A DNA stretch of 64,000 bases. It comes from Desulfurococcaceae archaeon. GTDB lineage: Archaea > Thermoproteota > Thermoprotei_A > Sulfolobales > Desulfurococcaceae. The notes under the pieces were generated by a model. It made no database searches. It had not been told where the DNA came from and saw only the letters and a program-made list of their open reading frames with translations. The stretch covers positions 96,001 through 160,000 of the forward strand of contig JAWAJB010000003.1 of assembly GCA_038888155.1 (NCBI GenBank). The letters run 5' to 3'. The position numbers were made by a program, and so were the translations under genes. This document shows positions 10,076-20,009 of the stretch, piece by piece; position 1 is the stretch's first letter; each line of letters starts with the position of its first letter.

Positions 10076-10627
10076 CTACCTCTTGCGTTGCTTCTTCTTC
10101 CTCCCGCTGCGCTTCCTTTTCTTTTTGCGTTGCCTGCGCTCCCTGACCTTTGGCTGAACTAGCTCGTGCGGAAAAACTACCCTTGTGTCGTCTTCGCCCT
10201 CTATTATAGCGAAGTCGTAGCCTCTGTCCCTTACCTCGAGCACTCCGTCATATATGATCATCTGTGAACTGGGCTTGAATTCGTGGATAGCCTCGCATCT
10301 TTCAGCCTCTCTGCACTTAACGAGGAGAATTCTCCTAAGGTAGGAGGGCTTGGGGCTAATTACTGCAAGCCCGCTATCCTGTCCTCCATCCCCCAACACT
10401 ACTCTCAGCCCCGGCGTCTCTACCTCAGCCAAGATAAAAGCCCCGCTCGCTCTCTCCTTGATCACGCGCTCAGCGGCTATCTCGATGAGCTTATCTATAA
10501 TTTCCGCTTTAGCTACGCCGTTAGGTACTTCGAGGGCTTCCCACTTCTCTTCATCTACGTGGTACCCGGTTATAGTTACAGCAGGGTCTTCTTGGAGCTT
10601 TGTCGACAGTTTGAGTACTCTGGTCAT
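10076..10627 (-). CDS. Hypothetical protein with very basic C-terminal tail
   Basis: Abuts the phosphorylase start; ends RERRQRKKKRKRSGRKKKQRKR. Confidence 0.7.
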   Translation of the reverse strand: MTRVLKLSTKLQEDPAVTITGYHVDEEKWEALEVPNGVAKAEIIDKLIEIAAERVIKERASGAFILAEVETPGLRVVLGDGGQDSGLAVISPKPSYLRRILLVKCREAERCEAIHEFKPSSQMIIYDGVLEVRDRGYDFAIIEGEDDTRVVFPHELVQPKVRERRQRKKKRKRSGRKKKQRKR

Positions 10628-10694
10628 GACCTGCAAAAAACTGGCACCCCAGTGGGTAACTATTAAATAACTACGTGAGCATGCTTAATATCAG

Positions 10695-11192
10695 GTGACA
10701 ATAATGGAGGTCAGGATTTTTAAAGTCCCAATTAAGATCCCCGAAGGCGCAAATGTCATCATTGCTAGAAGCCATTTTATAAAAACAGTCGAGGACGTAT
10801 ACGAAGTCCTTGTTACAAGCGTGCCTGGGATAAGGTTCGGTCTTGCGTTCAATGAAGCCAGCGGCAAGAGGCTGGTCAGGCACGAAGGGAACGACGAGGA
10901 GCTAGTGAAAGCAGCTGTAGAGTCAGCGATGAATATAGGCGCAGGGCACACGTTTGTCCTATATATTAGAAACGCCTACCCCATAAATGTTCTGAACCAG
11001 CTAAAGAACACTCAAGAGATAGTGTCTTTGCTAGTTGCAACTGCTAACCCAGTTGAAGTGTTAGTTGCAGAGACGTCTCAGGGCAGGGCCGTTATAGGCG
11101 TGGTTGACGGCTACACTCCTCTAGGCGTTGAAAGCGAGGAGGATAGGCGGGAGCGAAAGGAGTTCTTAAGAAGGATAGGCTACAAAAAATAG
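10695..11192 (+). CDS. Adenosine-specific kinase family (DUF355) protein
   Basis: [46 protein letters not shown]. Confidence 0.9.
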   Translation: MTIMEVRIFKVPIKIPEGANVIIARSHFIKTVEDVYEVLVTSVPGIRFGLAFNEASGKRLVRHEGNDEELVKAAVESAMNIGAGHTFVLYIRNAYPINVLNQLKNTQEIVSLLVATANPVEVLVAETSQGRAVIGVVDGYTPLGVESEEDRRERKEFLRRIGYKK

Positions 11193-11254
11193 CTCTATTG
11201 TACTGCAGTTACGTAATTAAACGCAGCATTAGGAGGGAAGCCCAGCGCTCATTG

Positions 11255-11578
11255 CTAGTAGCCAGTGTTGGATTCGCTAACAACGTCTACAACGTGTGCT
11301 ATTACTACGTCTTCTTGCACTTTAAATACCTTAACTTTTACCCTTGAGCCGCTTGTCGCGTTAGGTATAATGATTTTTTTATCCTTATAGTACACAACCC
11401 CCTGTCCCTTTTCGTTAATGTCGTAGACTTCAACTGTTAGAGTATCGCCTACTTTAATTATAGGGCGCTCTTGCGTTTTAATTGGCGGGTATATGCTGAA
11501 CCTCTGTATGTTGCTAGTATATGGATTCCATTTATTTTTCTTGTTGTATCTCGACACATTCACACACTTTATAGCCAT
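11255..11578 (-). CDS. Single TRAM-domain (RNA-binding) protein
   Basis: P.IKVGD...VEV.DI...GQGV......IIIPNA..G.RVKVKV.KV. Confidence 0.85.
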   Translation of the reverse strand: MAIKCVNVSRYNKKNKWNPYTSNIQRFSIYPPIKTQERPIIKVGDTLTVEVYDINEKGQGVVYYKDKKIIIPNATSGSRVKVKVFKVQEDVVIAHVVDVVSESNTGY

Positions 11579-11629
11579 GAAATCATCATAAATACATGTA
11601 CTTAAAAACCTTTCGGTGGTGCGCTGAAG

Positions 11630-12262
11630 TTGGACTTTTTAAGGCACATAGTGAACCCCATTATCAATAAGCACATAGAGCTGAGAACGCTAGAACTAAA
11701 GGAGGCTGCAGAGGTAAAGAGAGCGCTTTATCAAGCGGAGGAGAAATACAAGTTCAGCATCTACAATGGAGAGCCCAGCAACTTGATCCACTTCTTGAAC
11801 TCCGAGGACTTCGAGACCTTAGTTGAGCTCTTTAAGTCATCCAGCGCGCTAAATGTTCTCGTTGAGATACTAGAAAGGGCGGGCGAAGTTTATAAGGAAA
11901 ACAGGTCGCTCTACGAGACAATAAAGTCAGCGCTAAGCCTCATTAAGGGAGGAGACCAGAGCGGGGAGAGAGCTCAAACATTACCCCCCGTGGGCGAAGA
12001 TCTTGGGAAACTAGGCAGCTACCTTGAGAGCTTAGGCGCAAGAAGAGTAGTAGTTGGGGGAAACACGTTGAGAGCTACAGTAAGCGATGACCTTGAACTA
12101 AAGATTAGCGTCTTGAAGAAGAGCATCAAGCTAGAGCTCAAGCTCGCCAGACCTCAAGAAAAGGAGCTGTTATTAGCCAACTTGAAGAAGGCTGAAAGCT
12201 TGTTAGAGAAAATTAGCAGCAACTTAGCTGGTAGAAACTATAAGGTCTCTAGCGATAAATAA
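11630..12262 (+). CDS. Hypothetical protein
   Basis: 210-aa ORF with TATA-like box and GGTG RBS; no family recognised. Confidence 0.7.
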   Translation: MDFLRHIVNPIINKHIELRTLELKEAAEVKRALYQAEEKYKFSIYNGEPSNLIHFLNSEDFETLVELFKSSSALNVLVEILERAGEVYKENRSLYETIKSALSLIKGGDQSGERAQTLPPVGEDLGKLGSYLESLGARRVVVGGNTLRATVSDDLELKISVLKKSIKLELKLARPQEKELLLANLKKAESLLEKISSNLAGRNYKVSSDK

Positions 12263-12620
12263 ACTACCCGCTATCAACCTCCTAATTAGCGCTCCGGCTT
12301 GGCACCCCCTTAACAAGAGCTATTGCTCTCACGTGCTCTGTAAGCTAATACTATTTCATTGCCTTTAGTCCTTTGGGCTTCTCGCGGATTGCACACGAAT
12401 GGAATATTAGCGCCCCAAATTGAACCGCGTGAAGGCAAGCAACCTGAGAACATAAGGAACACGAAATATAAACCTATCCCTCCACAATCGCGCCACACTC
12501 GCTCTCTAACTGCGAAATACCAGGCAACAACTCTAAGGAGAGCTCACTCTAGCCCTGCCCTAGCGTTTAAGTGTAAAGAGCCTATAAGAGCACTTTGCTA
12601 GACATATAATAGGGGGCTAG

Positions 12621-13754
12621 TTGGTTGACTGGTTTGTCGCAATAGTAAATATCAGGCCTGACGCCATCTCAGTGTGGACAGATCCGCATGTGAGGGACAG
12701 GCTCTCACACTACTACAGCGTAATGAAGAACGAGAGACCCGCTCGATTCATTTTGGCTAAGCTCACTCCCGTTGACTTAGACTCGAGCTCTCGCGAGATC
12801 CCCCTAAGCGAGTTGTGGAGTATTCACAACAGGGCAAAGCAGGAGTTCAGCAAAATATGCCGCGAATTTCAGGCGAGATCAGTCAAGCTAGAGGACCACG
12901 AGAAGCCGCCGTTCAGCTACCTCGATCTAAAGGCTGTTATAGCACGAAGGCTTATGAGCCCGTGTAGGCTCTGCGAGCGTAAGTGCGGGGCGTTGAGGGG
13001 AGAAGGCAAGATTGGCATGTGCATGGTTGACAAAGATGCAATAGTTCATAGCTACTTCCACCACGTTGGGGAGGAGGCCCCCCTTGTACCCAGCGGGACA
13101 ATATTCTACGGAGGCTGTAACTTTAAGTGCGCTTTCTGCCAGAACTACGATATCAGCCAAGTCAAGGCAAGAGAAGGAGAAAGGCTCTCCCCTCGCGACT
13201 TAGCATCAATTCAGGTCTACCTCAGGAGGCGAGGAGCTAGGAACATAAACCACGTTGGCGGGGAGCCAACCCCCCATATACCGTTTATACTCGAAAGCAT
13301 GAAGTATTTAGACGTCAACACACCGCAGCTATGGAATAGCAACATGTACATGTCCGAGGAATCCATGAGGCTCCTCGAGGACATTATTGATATATGGCTT
13401 CCTGACCTAAAATATGGCAACAATGCCTGCGCGTGGAGGCTCAGCAAGGTTAGGGGCTACTGGGAAATAGTTACTAGGAACATTAGAAGAGCCCACGAGT
13501 GTGGAGATATTATAATAAGGCACCTCGTGCTACCTAACCACATTGAGTGTTGCACTAAGCCAGTCTTGGATTGGATTGCTGCTAATGCCCCTAGAGCGCT
13601 ACTTAATATTATGGAGCAGTATAGACCTGAGCATATAGTTGCAAGGTACCCCCATATGTACTCAGATATTGCTAGGAGGCCTACGAGGGAGGAGATGATG
13701 AGAGCATACCAGATAGCAGATGAGCTAGGGATAGTGTACAAGCCTGTATCATAA
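12621..13754 (+). CDS. Radical SAM protein, PflX / PFL-activase-like
   Basis: C.LCER.C, GEEAPLVPSGTIF, CNFKCAFCQN, GGEPTP, IIRHLVLPNH..CC. Confidence 0.9.
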   Translation: MVDWFVAIVNIRPDAISVWTDPHVRDRLSHYYSVMKNERPARFILAKLTPVDLDSSSREIPLSELWSIHNRAKQEFSKICREFQARSVKLEDHEKPPFSYLDLKAVIARRLMSPCRLCERKCGALRGEGKIGMCMVDKDAIVHSYFHHVGEEAPLVPSGTIFYGGCNFKCAFCQNYDISQVKAREGERLSPRDLASIQVYLRRRGARNINHVGGEPTPHIPFILESMKYLDVNTPQLWNSNMYMSEESMRLLEDIIDIWLPDLKYGNNACAWRLSKVRGYWEIVTRNIRRAHECGDIIIRHLVLPNHIECCTKPVLDWIAANAPRALLNIMEQYRPEHIVARYPHMYSDIARRPTREEMMRAYQIADELGIVYKPVS

Positions 13755-13758
13755 CTAA

Positions 13759-14139
13759 GTGAGTTGTCGTGAGATCATGGGCGAGGAACCAAGTAGCTTA
13801 AAAATAGAGGAGCTCTTCTTCGACGAGTACTACAGGGTGTTGGTGCTCGAGGACTTAAATAGATTCATCATTTCAGTAGATGTTTACAAGCCGGGTTGGG
13901 ATTACACCAACTACAAAGATGTATGTATAAACGAGACCTGCCTCCTCCTGAAAGAGCTATCCCCGTCGGAGATCAACCTAGATGCCGCTATGGGGGGAGT
14001 TGAGAAAGTTGTTGTCGTGGGAGTTAAGGTTGGGGCTAAGTTCGAGACAATTGGCGTTAAGTGGTTTATGAAGCATAAGCCAAGTAGCGAGGAAGTCCGC
14101 AGCATCTACGAGCGCTCTTGGAGAATTATAAGGCAATAG
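13759..14139 (+). CDS. Hypothetical protein
   Basis: Operonic with the PflX-like gene; protein-like composition. Confidence 0.65.
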   Translation: MSCREIMGEEPSSLKIEELFFDEYYRVLVLEDLNRFIISVDVYKPGWDYTNYKDVCINETCLLLKELSPSEINLDAAMGGVEKVVVVGVKVGAKFETIGVKWFMKHKPSSEEVRSIYERSWRIIRQ

Positions 14140-14224
14140 GGCGTGATTAGAGCATATATACAAAAGCATAAATACTGAATTAGTGTTTTTCAAACAAAGA
14201 AGCGACACAGTGAGGAGTATTTTT

Positions 14225-16669
14225 ATGGGAGAGGCGATTAAGCCGAGAATTGAAACTACTAGGTGGTCGCTCAGCACCGAACTAGAGCTCATAGATATGT
14301 GGGAGAAAGAGGGGCTATATCACTTTTCCACTTCTAAAGAAGACCAGCGGGAAATAATAGCCATAGATACCCCTCCGCCCTACCCCAGCGGAAAGTGGCA
14401 CGTAGGAGGAGCTGCGCACTACGCACAGATAGATATGATTGCAAGGTACTTCAGAATGAAGGGCTTTAACGTGCTTGTGCCCTTCTACGCAGACAGGAAC
14501 GGTCTCCCAGTAGAAGTACAGATAGAGAGGACGTATAAGATAAACGCCCATGAAATGGCTAAAACTAAAGAGGGCAGATTAAAGTTCCTCGACCTCTGTA
14601 GAGACTTCCTCAACAAGACAGAGAAAGAGATGGTCAACATTTGGAGAAGATTAGGGTGTAGCTTCACCTACTGGAGGGATGGGACAGACAGCGAAGAGTA
14701 CAGAAAAGTAACTCAGTCAACCTTCATTGAGCTCTTTAGAAGGGGATTAGTCTACGAGGCAGAAAGACCAGTTAACTGGTGCCCGCGATGTAAGACAACT
14801 CTAGCTGATGCAGAGCTAGAGCACGTTAACGAGGAAACCTACTTATACTATGTAAAGTTCTTTATAGAGGAATTGAACAGCTACGCTGCCGTAGCTACAA
14901 CTAGGCCGGAGCTCTTGAAGTCCTGCAAGGCGCTTGCGTTTAACCCAAGGGATCAAAGGTACAACCGCTTCGAGGGGTACCACGCTGTTAACCCGCTCTA
15001 CGGTCACAGGATGCCGATTTTAAAGCACGATATCGTAGATCCCGACTATGGAACTGGGCTCGTAATGGTGTGCAGCTACGGCGATCACGCAGATGTAGTG
15101 ATGTTTAGAGAGCTTAAATTAGAGCCCTTAGTCATAGTAGACAAGAACGGAATTCTAACGAGTGAGGCTGGCCCGTTAGCTGGACTTAGCGTTGCTGAAG
15201 CCAGGAGAAAAGCCGTTGAGCTCTTAGAGAGTAAAAACGCTATTGTCAAAAAGGAGCGAGTAACTCATAGCGTACCAGTATGCTGGAGATGCAAGACGCC
15301 CGTTCAGATCCTGCACTCAAGCGAGTGGTTCTTGAAACAACTCGAGTTTAAGGACAAGCTTGTAGACGTACTCAAGCAGATTAGCGTAAAGCCTGAATTC
15401 CACAGAGTAAAGGTACTTGACTGGATTAACAGCGTTGTTACAGATTGGCCGATAAGCAGGGACCGCTACTACGCCACTGAGATACCCGTGTGGCGCTGCA
15501 GGAAGTGCGGGTCCACTATTGTCCCGGAGCCCGGTAAGTACTACAGGCCGTGGATAGACCCACCTCCCTGGGATATCTGCCCTGTTTGCGGGTCGCCTAG
15601 TAGTGAGCTAGAGGGCGAGAAGAAGGTGTTCGATACGTGGTTTGACAGCAGCATATCAGTTCTCTACGTTAGTGGCTACTTGAAGAGCAACTGGTTGTTT
15701 GAGAGAGCGTTCAAGAACGCTCTAAGGCCCCAAGGGATAGACATAATCAGGACGTGGCTCTACTACACTTTGTTGCGCGTTTATCAGTTAACAGGTAAGC
15801 CGGCTTTCAAGTGGATCAGGCTAAGCGGCATGGGGCTCGATGAGAGAGGGGAAGCCATGCATAAATCCAAGGGCAACGTAATTGACCCCGATCCAATATT
15901 GGATAGATACGGAGCAGATGCCTTTAGGTATTGGACTGCAGCTAGCGCTAAGCTTGGCTATGATTACCGCTACAGTGAGCCCATGATAAAGACTGGTTTA
16001 ATGTATGTGACAAAGCTGTGGAACATAGCTAGGTTTATCTCCAGCTTCCCCGAGCCAGAGGAGTACGAGCTGAGGCCTATCGATAAGTCCACTTTGGCTC
16101 TCTTAAATAAACTTGTAGTAGCTGTTGAGGGCGGATACAGGGAATTAGATGTATATACGCCAATAAGCGAGCTGTACCAATTTACGTGGAACTACTTTGC
16201 ATCGCACTATTTAGAGCTAGTAAAGACGAGGGCTTACAATACCACCGGAAAGTACGGAAAGCTAGAGCAACAGGGAGCTTGGTACACTCTCCATCGCGTA
16301 TTTAAGAGCATGCTAGTAATGTTGGCCCCAATCATGCCTTTCGTTACTGATGCAATATACAGAGCTCTGTACGAGAAGAGCGTGCACAGGGAGAGGTTCC
16401 CTGAGCCGGATGCGAGATACCCCGCTGAAGCTGCAGACCTAGCGGTTAGCTCGCAGAGGGCAAATCACGCGCTGTGGAAATACAAGAAAGAGCGTGGCAT
16501 GAAGCTCAGCGACCACATAAGTAAAAAGGTGTTCCTCCCCAACTACTTGAGGCCAGTTGCAGAGGAGATGTCAGATCTCCACGGATTACAGCAAGTTGAA
16601 TTCTACGGGGAAAATCCACCCAGCAATGCCGTTGAAGTAGGAGGCGGAGTTTATATAGAAGCTACTTAA
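14225..16669 (+). CDS. valS: Valyl-tRNA synthetase
   Basis: IDTPPPY.SG.WHVG, ATTRPEL, DWPISR, FDTWFDS, RPQG.DIIRTW, AMHKSKGN. Confidence 0.96.
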   Translation: MGEAIKPRIETTRWSLSTELELIDMWEKEGLYHFSTSKEDQREIIAIDTPPPYPSGKWHVGGAAHYAQIDMIARYFRMKGFNVLVPFYADRNGLPVEVQIERTYKINAHEMAKTKEGRLKFLDLCRDFLNKTEKEMVNIWRRLGCSFTYWRDGTDSEEYRKVTQSTFIELFRRGLVYEAERPVNWCPRCKTTLADAELEHVNEETYLYYVKFFIEELNSYAAVATTRPELLKSCKALAFNPRDQRYNRFEGYHAVNPLYGHRMPILKHDIVDPDYGTGLVMVCSYGDHADVVMFRELKLEPLVIVDKNGILTSEAGPLAGLSVAEARRKAVELLESKNAIVKKERVTHSVPVCWRCKTPVQILHSSEWFLKQLEFKDKLVDVLKQISVKPEFHRVKVLDWINSVVTDWPISRDRYYATEIPVWRCRKCGSTIVPEPGKYYRPWIDPPPWDICPVCGSPSSELEGEKKVFDTWFDSSISVLYVSGYLKSNWLFERAFKNALRPQGIDIIRTWLYYTLLRVYQLTGKPAFKWIRLSGMGLDERGEAMHKSKGNVIDPDPILDRYGADAFRYWTAASAKLGYDYRYSEPMIKTGLMYVTKLWNIARFISSFPEPEEYELRPIDKSTLALLNKLVVAVEGGYRELDVYTPISELYQFTWNYFASHYLELVKTRAYNTTGKYGKLEQQGAWYTLHRVFKSMLVMLAPIMPFVTDAIYRALYEKSVHRERFPEPDARYPAEAADLAVSSQRANHALWKYKKERGMKLSDHISKKVFLPNYLRPVAEEMSDLHGLQQVEFYGENPPSNAVEVGGGVYIEAT

Positions 16670-17330
16670 GCGCTTTCTTCACAGATCGCTCTAAGCTCCA
16701 CGAAATCCTGTCGAGGAGAGTAGTTAGCGGTCTTCCCCCAAATACAGGTTTAACTTTCCCTCTCCTAATTGCATCTAGGACCGAGCTAACAGAGAGCTCC
16801 TCTACTTCAATAACAGTGTACGCTGTTGCTATCTCAGCTAGGATGTGCGCATCGCTGTTCGCTATACCTGGCTTGCCGAGAAGCTTTGACGCCTTAATGG
16901 CTCTGTAATTAGCTCCCTTAGTTGAGGAAGAGTTCCAGATCTCAATGGCGCTCCAATCCTCGTACTCAAAGATAGCGTCCCCTAGGCCGAGCCTAGCTAT
17001 ATCGAATGGGTGGGCTGGCACTATTAGACAGCTCTCCTCCTTTGCCTTGTCTATTAGTAAATCCAGCCTCTTGGGGAAATCTACCTCCTCATCGCAATAC
17101 AGTAGCACGTCTCCCCTGTCAGTTCTTACCTCTGCGCTGGGAACCACTAGGAGGTTATTCCCAACACTAAGTTTCCTAGCTGCAATACTTCCAGCGAATG
17201 TGTCGTGATCAGCTATAGCTACAGCGTTGATGCCCCTCTCAATAGATGCGTAGACTATTTCTGCGGGGCTAGCTCTGCCATCGCTGTACAACGAGTGAAC
17301 GTGTAGATCCGCCCTAATTAACATTCCCAT
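16662..17330 (-). CDS. PHP-domain metallophosphoesterase
   Basis: DLHVHS.YSDG, IADHD, AHPF, NSDAH. Confidence 0.9.
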   Translation of the reverse strand: MGMLIRADLHVHSLYSDGRASPAEIVYASIERGINAVAIADHDTFAGSIAARKLSVGNNLLVVPSAEVRTDRGDVLLYCDEEVDFPKRLDLLIDKAKEESCLIVPAHPFDIARLGLGDAIFEYEDWSAIEIWNSSSTKGANYRAIKASKLLGKPGIANSDAHILAEIATAYTVIEVEELSVSSVLDAIRRGKVKPVFGGRPLTTLLDRISWSLERSVKKALK

Positions 17331-17382
17331 CAGCTGCTCTGTGTTTTTATAGCAGTAATTGGCTATTTAACTTGGTGCGCGA

Positions 17383-17601
17383 ATTGGGGTTAAAGTCAGG
17401 ATAGAGCAAGCTAAGTGCAATTCGTGCGGACTTTGCGCAGAACACTGCCCTACTTTTGTATTTACGCTAAGGGGAAACAAAGTCGAAGTGGACAGTAGCA
17501 AGTGCATTGAGTGCTATGGGTGTATCTTGCTCTGTCCTCTGCAGGCAATTAAGGTCGAGATCTCGGGCACGCAAATGTTTGGCTTGGATGATTGCTGTTA
17601 A
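17383..17601 (+). CDS. 2x[4Fe-4S] ferredoxin (not in ORF track)
   Basis: Translation (I)GVKVRIEQAKCNSCGLCAEHCPTFVF...DSSKCIECYGCILLCPLQAIKV...; two CxxCxxCxxxCP motifs; the best in-frame start is ATT, downstream of GGTG. Confidence 0.85.
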   Translation: MGVKVRIEQAKCNSCGLCAEHCPTFVFTLRGNKVEVDSSKCIECYGCILLCPLQAIKVEISGTQMFGLDDCC

Positions 17602-17606
17602 GCATG

Positions 17607-17843
17607 CTAGTAGTATGGTTTGAGCTCCCCCTTGCAGAATGGACACTTGTAGTGGAGCTTCCTAGAGTCTGCTGCGCAGAAATACGCCTTTAAGCCCTGC
17701 TCTATGCACTTTGGACAGTAGTAGACGCTCTTTTGATCGTACCCGTGGAAGAAATCGATGGTTGTGTTGCATATAATGCACTTCTCTGTTGTCCACCCTC
17801 TGTGTCCCGATTTATTAGCGCCCTTGAGCAGCCCCACAGTCAA
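17607..17843 (-). CDS. Small Cys-rich zinc-finger protein
   Basis: CIIC, CPKC, CAAD, CPFC motifs in 78 aa. Confidence 0.7.
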   Translation of the reverse strand: MTVGLLKGANKSGHRGWTTEKCIICNTTIDFFHGYDQKSVYYCPKCIEQGLKAYFCAADSRKLHYKCPFCKGELKPYY

Positions 17844-17907
17844 GATTTAACACCCTTAATGCCTTTACTATATCAAAGGGGTTTTTAAAGGCAGTGGTGT
17901 TGTTGCA

Positions 17908-18588
17908 GTGATTATAGTCGCAACATCAGATGTCCACAGCCCAGAGCACCTTCAACTGTACTTGGAACTAATCAAGAACACGAATTTAGATCCTCAAGTA
18001 GTGCTCTTCGCTGGGGATATGGTAGATAAAAACAAAGTGCTTGCCTTTAAGCCTATATACGAGGCAACTAGGAAGAAGTTCCCCTCTGCTAGGATAATTT
18101 CAGTTTTCGGGAACGAGGAGTACCGGGGGTTCGAAAAGCTCTACGAGGAAATGTACAGAGACGTGATCTGGCTCAACGACAGTTATGCAAAGCTCCAAGA
18201 GGATATATGTATAATTGGGACGCGCGGCGCTCTAGATAGACCAACAACTTGGCAGGCCCGCAACATACCTGGAATAGAGAAGTACTATAGAGAGTTGCCG
18301 TATATGGTTGAGAAATTAGCTATCGAGCTGAGGCAGGGCGCTTGCAAAAAGATTATCTTGGTATCGCACTACGGTGTAACCCACTTAAATCTAGTAGGGG
18401 AGAGGAAAGAGTCCTATCCCTACTTGGCCTCTACTCGCTTTGAGAGCATCCTCAGGGGAGAGCTTGTAGACTTAGTTATACACGGGCACATTCACATGGG
18501 CAAGCTCGATGTCGTCAATATAAGAGGCATACCGGTGTACAACGTTTCTCTGCCAGCTAGGAGAAAGCTAGTTGAGGTTAGGCTGTAG
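17908..18588 (+). CDS. Calcineurin-like metallophosphoesterase
   Basis: SDVH, AGD, FGNEE, SHY, HGHIH. Confidence 0.9.
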   Translation: MIIVATSDVHSPEHLQLYLELIKNTNLDPQVVLFAGDMVDKNKVLAFKPIYEATRKKFPSARIISVFGNEEYRGFEKLYEEMYRDVIWLNDSYAKLQEDICIIGTRGALDRPTTWQARNIPGIEKYYRELPYMVEKLAIELRQGACKKIILVSHYGVTHLNLVGERKESYPYLASTRFESILRGELVDLVIHGHIHMGKLDVVNIRGIPVYNVSLPARRKLVEVRL

Positions 18589-19461
18589 CTACCTCAACCC
18601 CTCAAAGGAGCCGAGAGAGGAAGTCAGCACAACAACTTCGCTAGCCCACTCGAAGAGTAGCTTATTCCTCCTGAACAGCAGATCTAGCTCGTACATGAGC
18701 TTTGAGCACTCAGGAGTGGCCATGTACTTACACGTTTTTACCTCTTGGGTTCTTTCCTTGAATTGCTGGGGTAAGTGCGGCTCTACAAGCTCCATGTAGA
18801 AGGCCACAGAAGTTGCAGCTAAGCTCTTGTAATCCCTGTAAAGGTCGCTGAACTGTTTGAGGTAGCTAAATACAGCCCCCTCGCGCGCTTCGACTATCGA
18901 GAAACCGCGCCACTTAGAGCTAAGCACCCTGTACAGGTCATTGAAGGTAACTCCCGATCTAAGTATTGCGATTTGCGTGTAGCCTAGTGACTGCAGGTGC
19001 TCGAACATGTCATCTCTATCTATGATTTTCAAGGAGTCAACAAACTGCCTTATATCACTCCACTTGCTCACAGAGTTTATTGTTTCAATGGCTTTTTTGA
19101 ACTTAGCGCTCTCGCCTAGGATGCTCTCCACGCCGCTGAGCCCTAGGGAGACCCCAACTATTAAAAGCGGAGTAATGTACTGGGGATGGGTTGCATTGCA
19201 CAACCTGAAGGAGTCCTTTAATGCGCTTGAGTAGAGCTTACCGTAATCTACGCTCGTAGAGGCTATCTCCCCACGCTTGATCCTCTCTCCAAGCGAGATC
19301 GCCTCTGCTACATGGTCTACAGACGCTATGAGGTTGCACATCACCTCGTCAAACGCTCTAACTGGAGCTAATCTATGTAAACCCCCAGGCTTAATGTAAG
19401 CAGCTAAACCTGTGATAGCGCCGCGAATAAGCGTTTTCGCAGATATTAATTCGCTGCTCAT
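18589..19461 (-). CDS. Divergent CitG-like (triphosphoribosyl-dephospho-CoA synthase family) protein
   Basis: N-terminal KPGGLHR, all-helical character and ~290 aa resemble CitG family; other motifs degenerate. Confidence 0.5.
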   Translation of the reverse strand: MSSELISAKTLIRGAITGLAAYIKPGGLHRLAPVRAFDEVMCNLIASVDHVAEAISLGERIKRGEIASTSVDYGKLYSSALKDSFRLCNATHPQYITPLLIVGVSLGLSGVESILGESAKFKKAIETINSVSKWSDIRQFVDSLKIIDRDDMFEHLQSLGYTQIAILRSGVTFNDLYRVLSSKWRGFSIVEAREGAVFSYLKQFSDLYRDYKSLAATSVAFYMELVEPHLPQQFKERTQEVKTCKYMATPECSKLMYELDLLFRRNKLLFEWASEVVVLTSSLGSFEGLR

Positions 19462-19497
19462 AACTTATCACGCGTTACTCAGGGCCCTTCCAAGTGC

Positions 19498-19674
19498 CTA
19501 TAATACTTTAATTGCGTGCTCGCCTATTATTTGTAACCTGCTAAACGCGGACACGCGAATTTTTAACTCTACAGCTCGCTCGTTTTTATGTAGAACCTCG
19601 ATCTCTAGTAGCTCTCCCTCGTGGTTGAGAGCAAAGGTGTTGGCACTATATAAACCGTAATTCAGGTAACTCAT
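19498..19674 (-). CDS. Possible 58-aa protein (not in ORF track)
   Basis: MSYLNYGLYSANTFALNHEGELLEIEVLHKNERAVELKIRVSAFSRLQIIGEHAIKVL; ATG start, fills the gap, same strand as the CitG-like gene. Confidence 0.35.
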   Translation of the reverse strand: MSYLNYGLYSANTFALNHEGELLEIEVLHKNERAVELKIRVSAFSRLQIIGEHAIKVL

Positions 19675-19702
19675 TGTTGATGCACACTTAGGTGTTAAGA
19701 CT

Positions 19703-19993
19703 GTGGCTTTAGCTACCGCAGTATTAACGTGTAAAGGGGATTTGGTAGTCAGCTACAACGAAGCGGAGGAGCTAGTTATCTACGATATGCAGGCCAAGAG
19801 AGTTATCTCTAGGTTGAGAAAGCCTAGTAACGCTCTACTACTAGAAGAAATTCTCGAAGACTTTGATCCGTGGGTGATATTCTCGGAGGACATACCCGCC
19901 GATATCGTAGACGCAATTAGGGATATGGGCATCAAGGTCCAGTTAGTCAAGGGATACACTGTAGAGGGCCTTATAAGCGAGCTATTTGTCTAA
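19703..19993 (+). CDS. NifB/NifX (FeMo-cofactor-binding fold)-like small protein
   Basis: Size and pattern (AEELVIYD...L...DV.....I...GIKV....G.TVE.LI) resemble the family; HFG motif absent. Confidence 0.5.
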   Translation: MALATAVLTCKGDLVVSYNEAEELVIYDMQAKRVISRLRKPSNALLLEEILEDFDPWVIFSEDIPADIVDAIRDMGIKVQLVKGYTVEGLISELFV

Positions 19994-20009
19994 CGAGGTG
20001 ACTTAAAAA

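Noticed and set aside
12263-12620. ORFs 12310-12498 and 12359-12601, and a Cys-containing interrupted frame (ECGAIVEG*VYISCSLCSQVAC) suggestive of a 4Fe-4S remnant
   Set aside because: No convincing motif, RBS or intact frame; cannot be supported without a search
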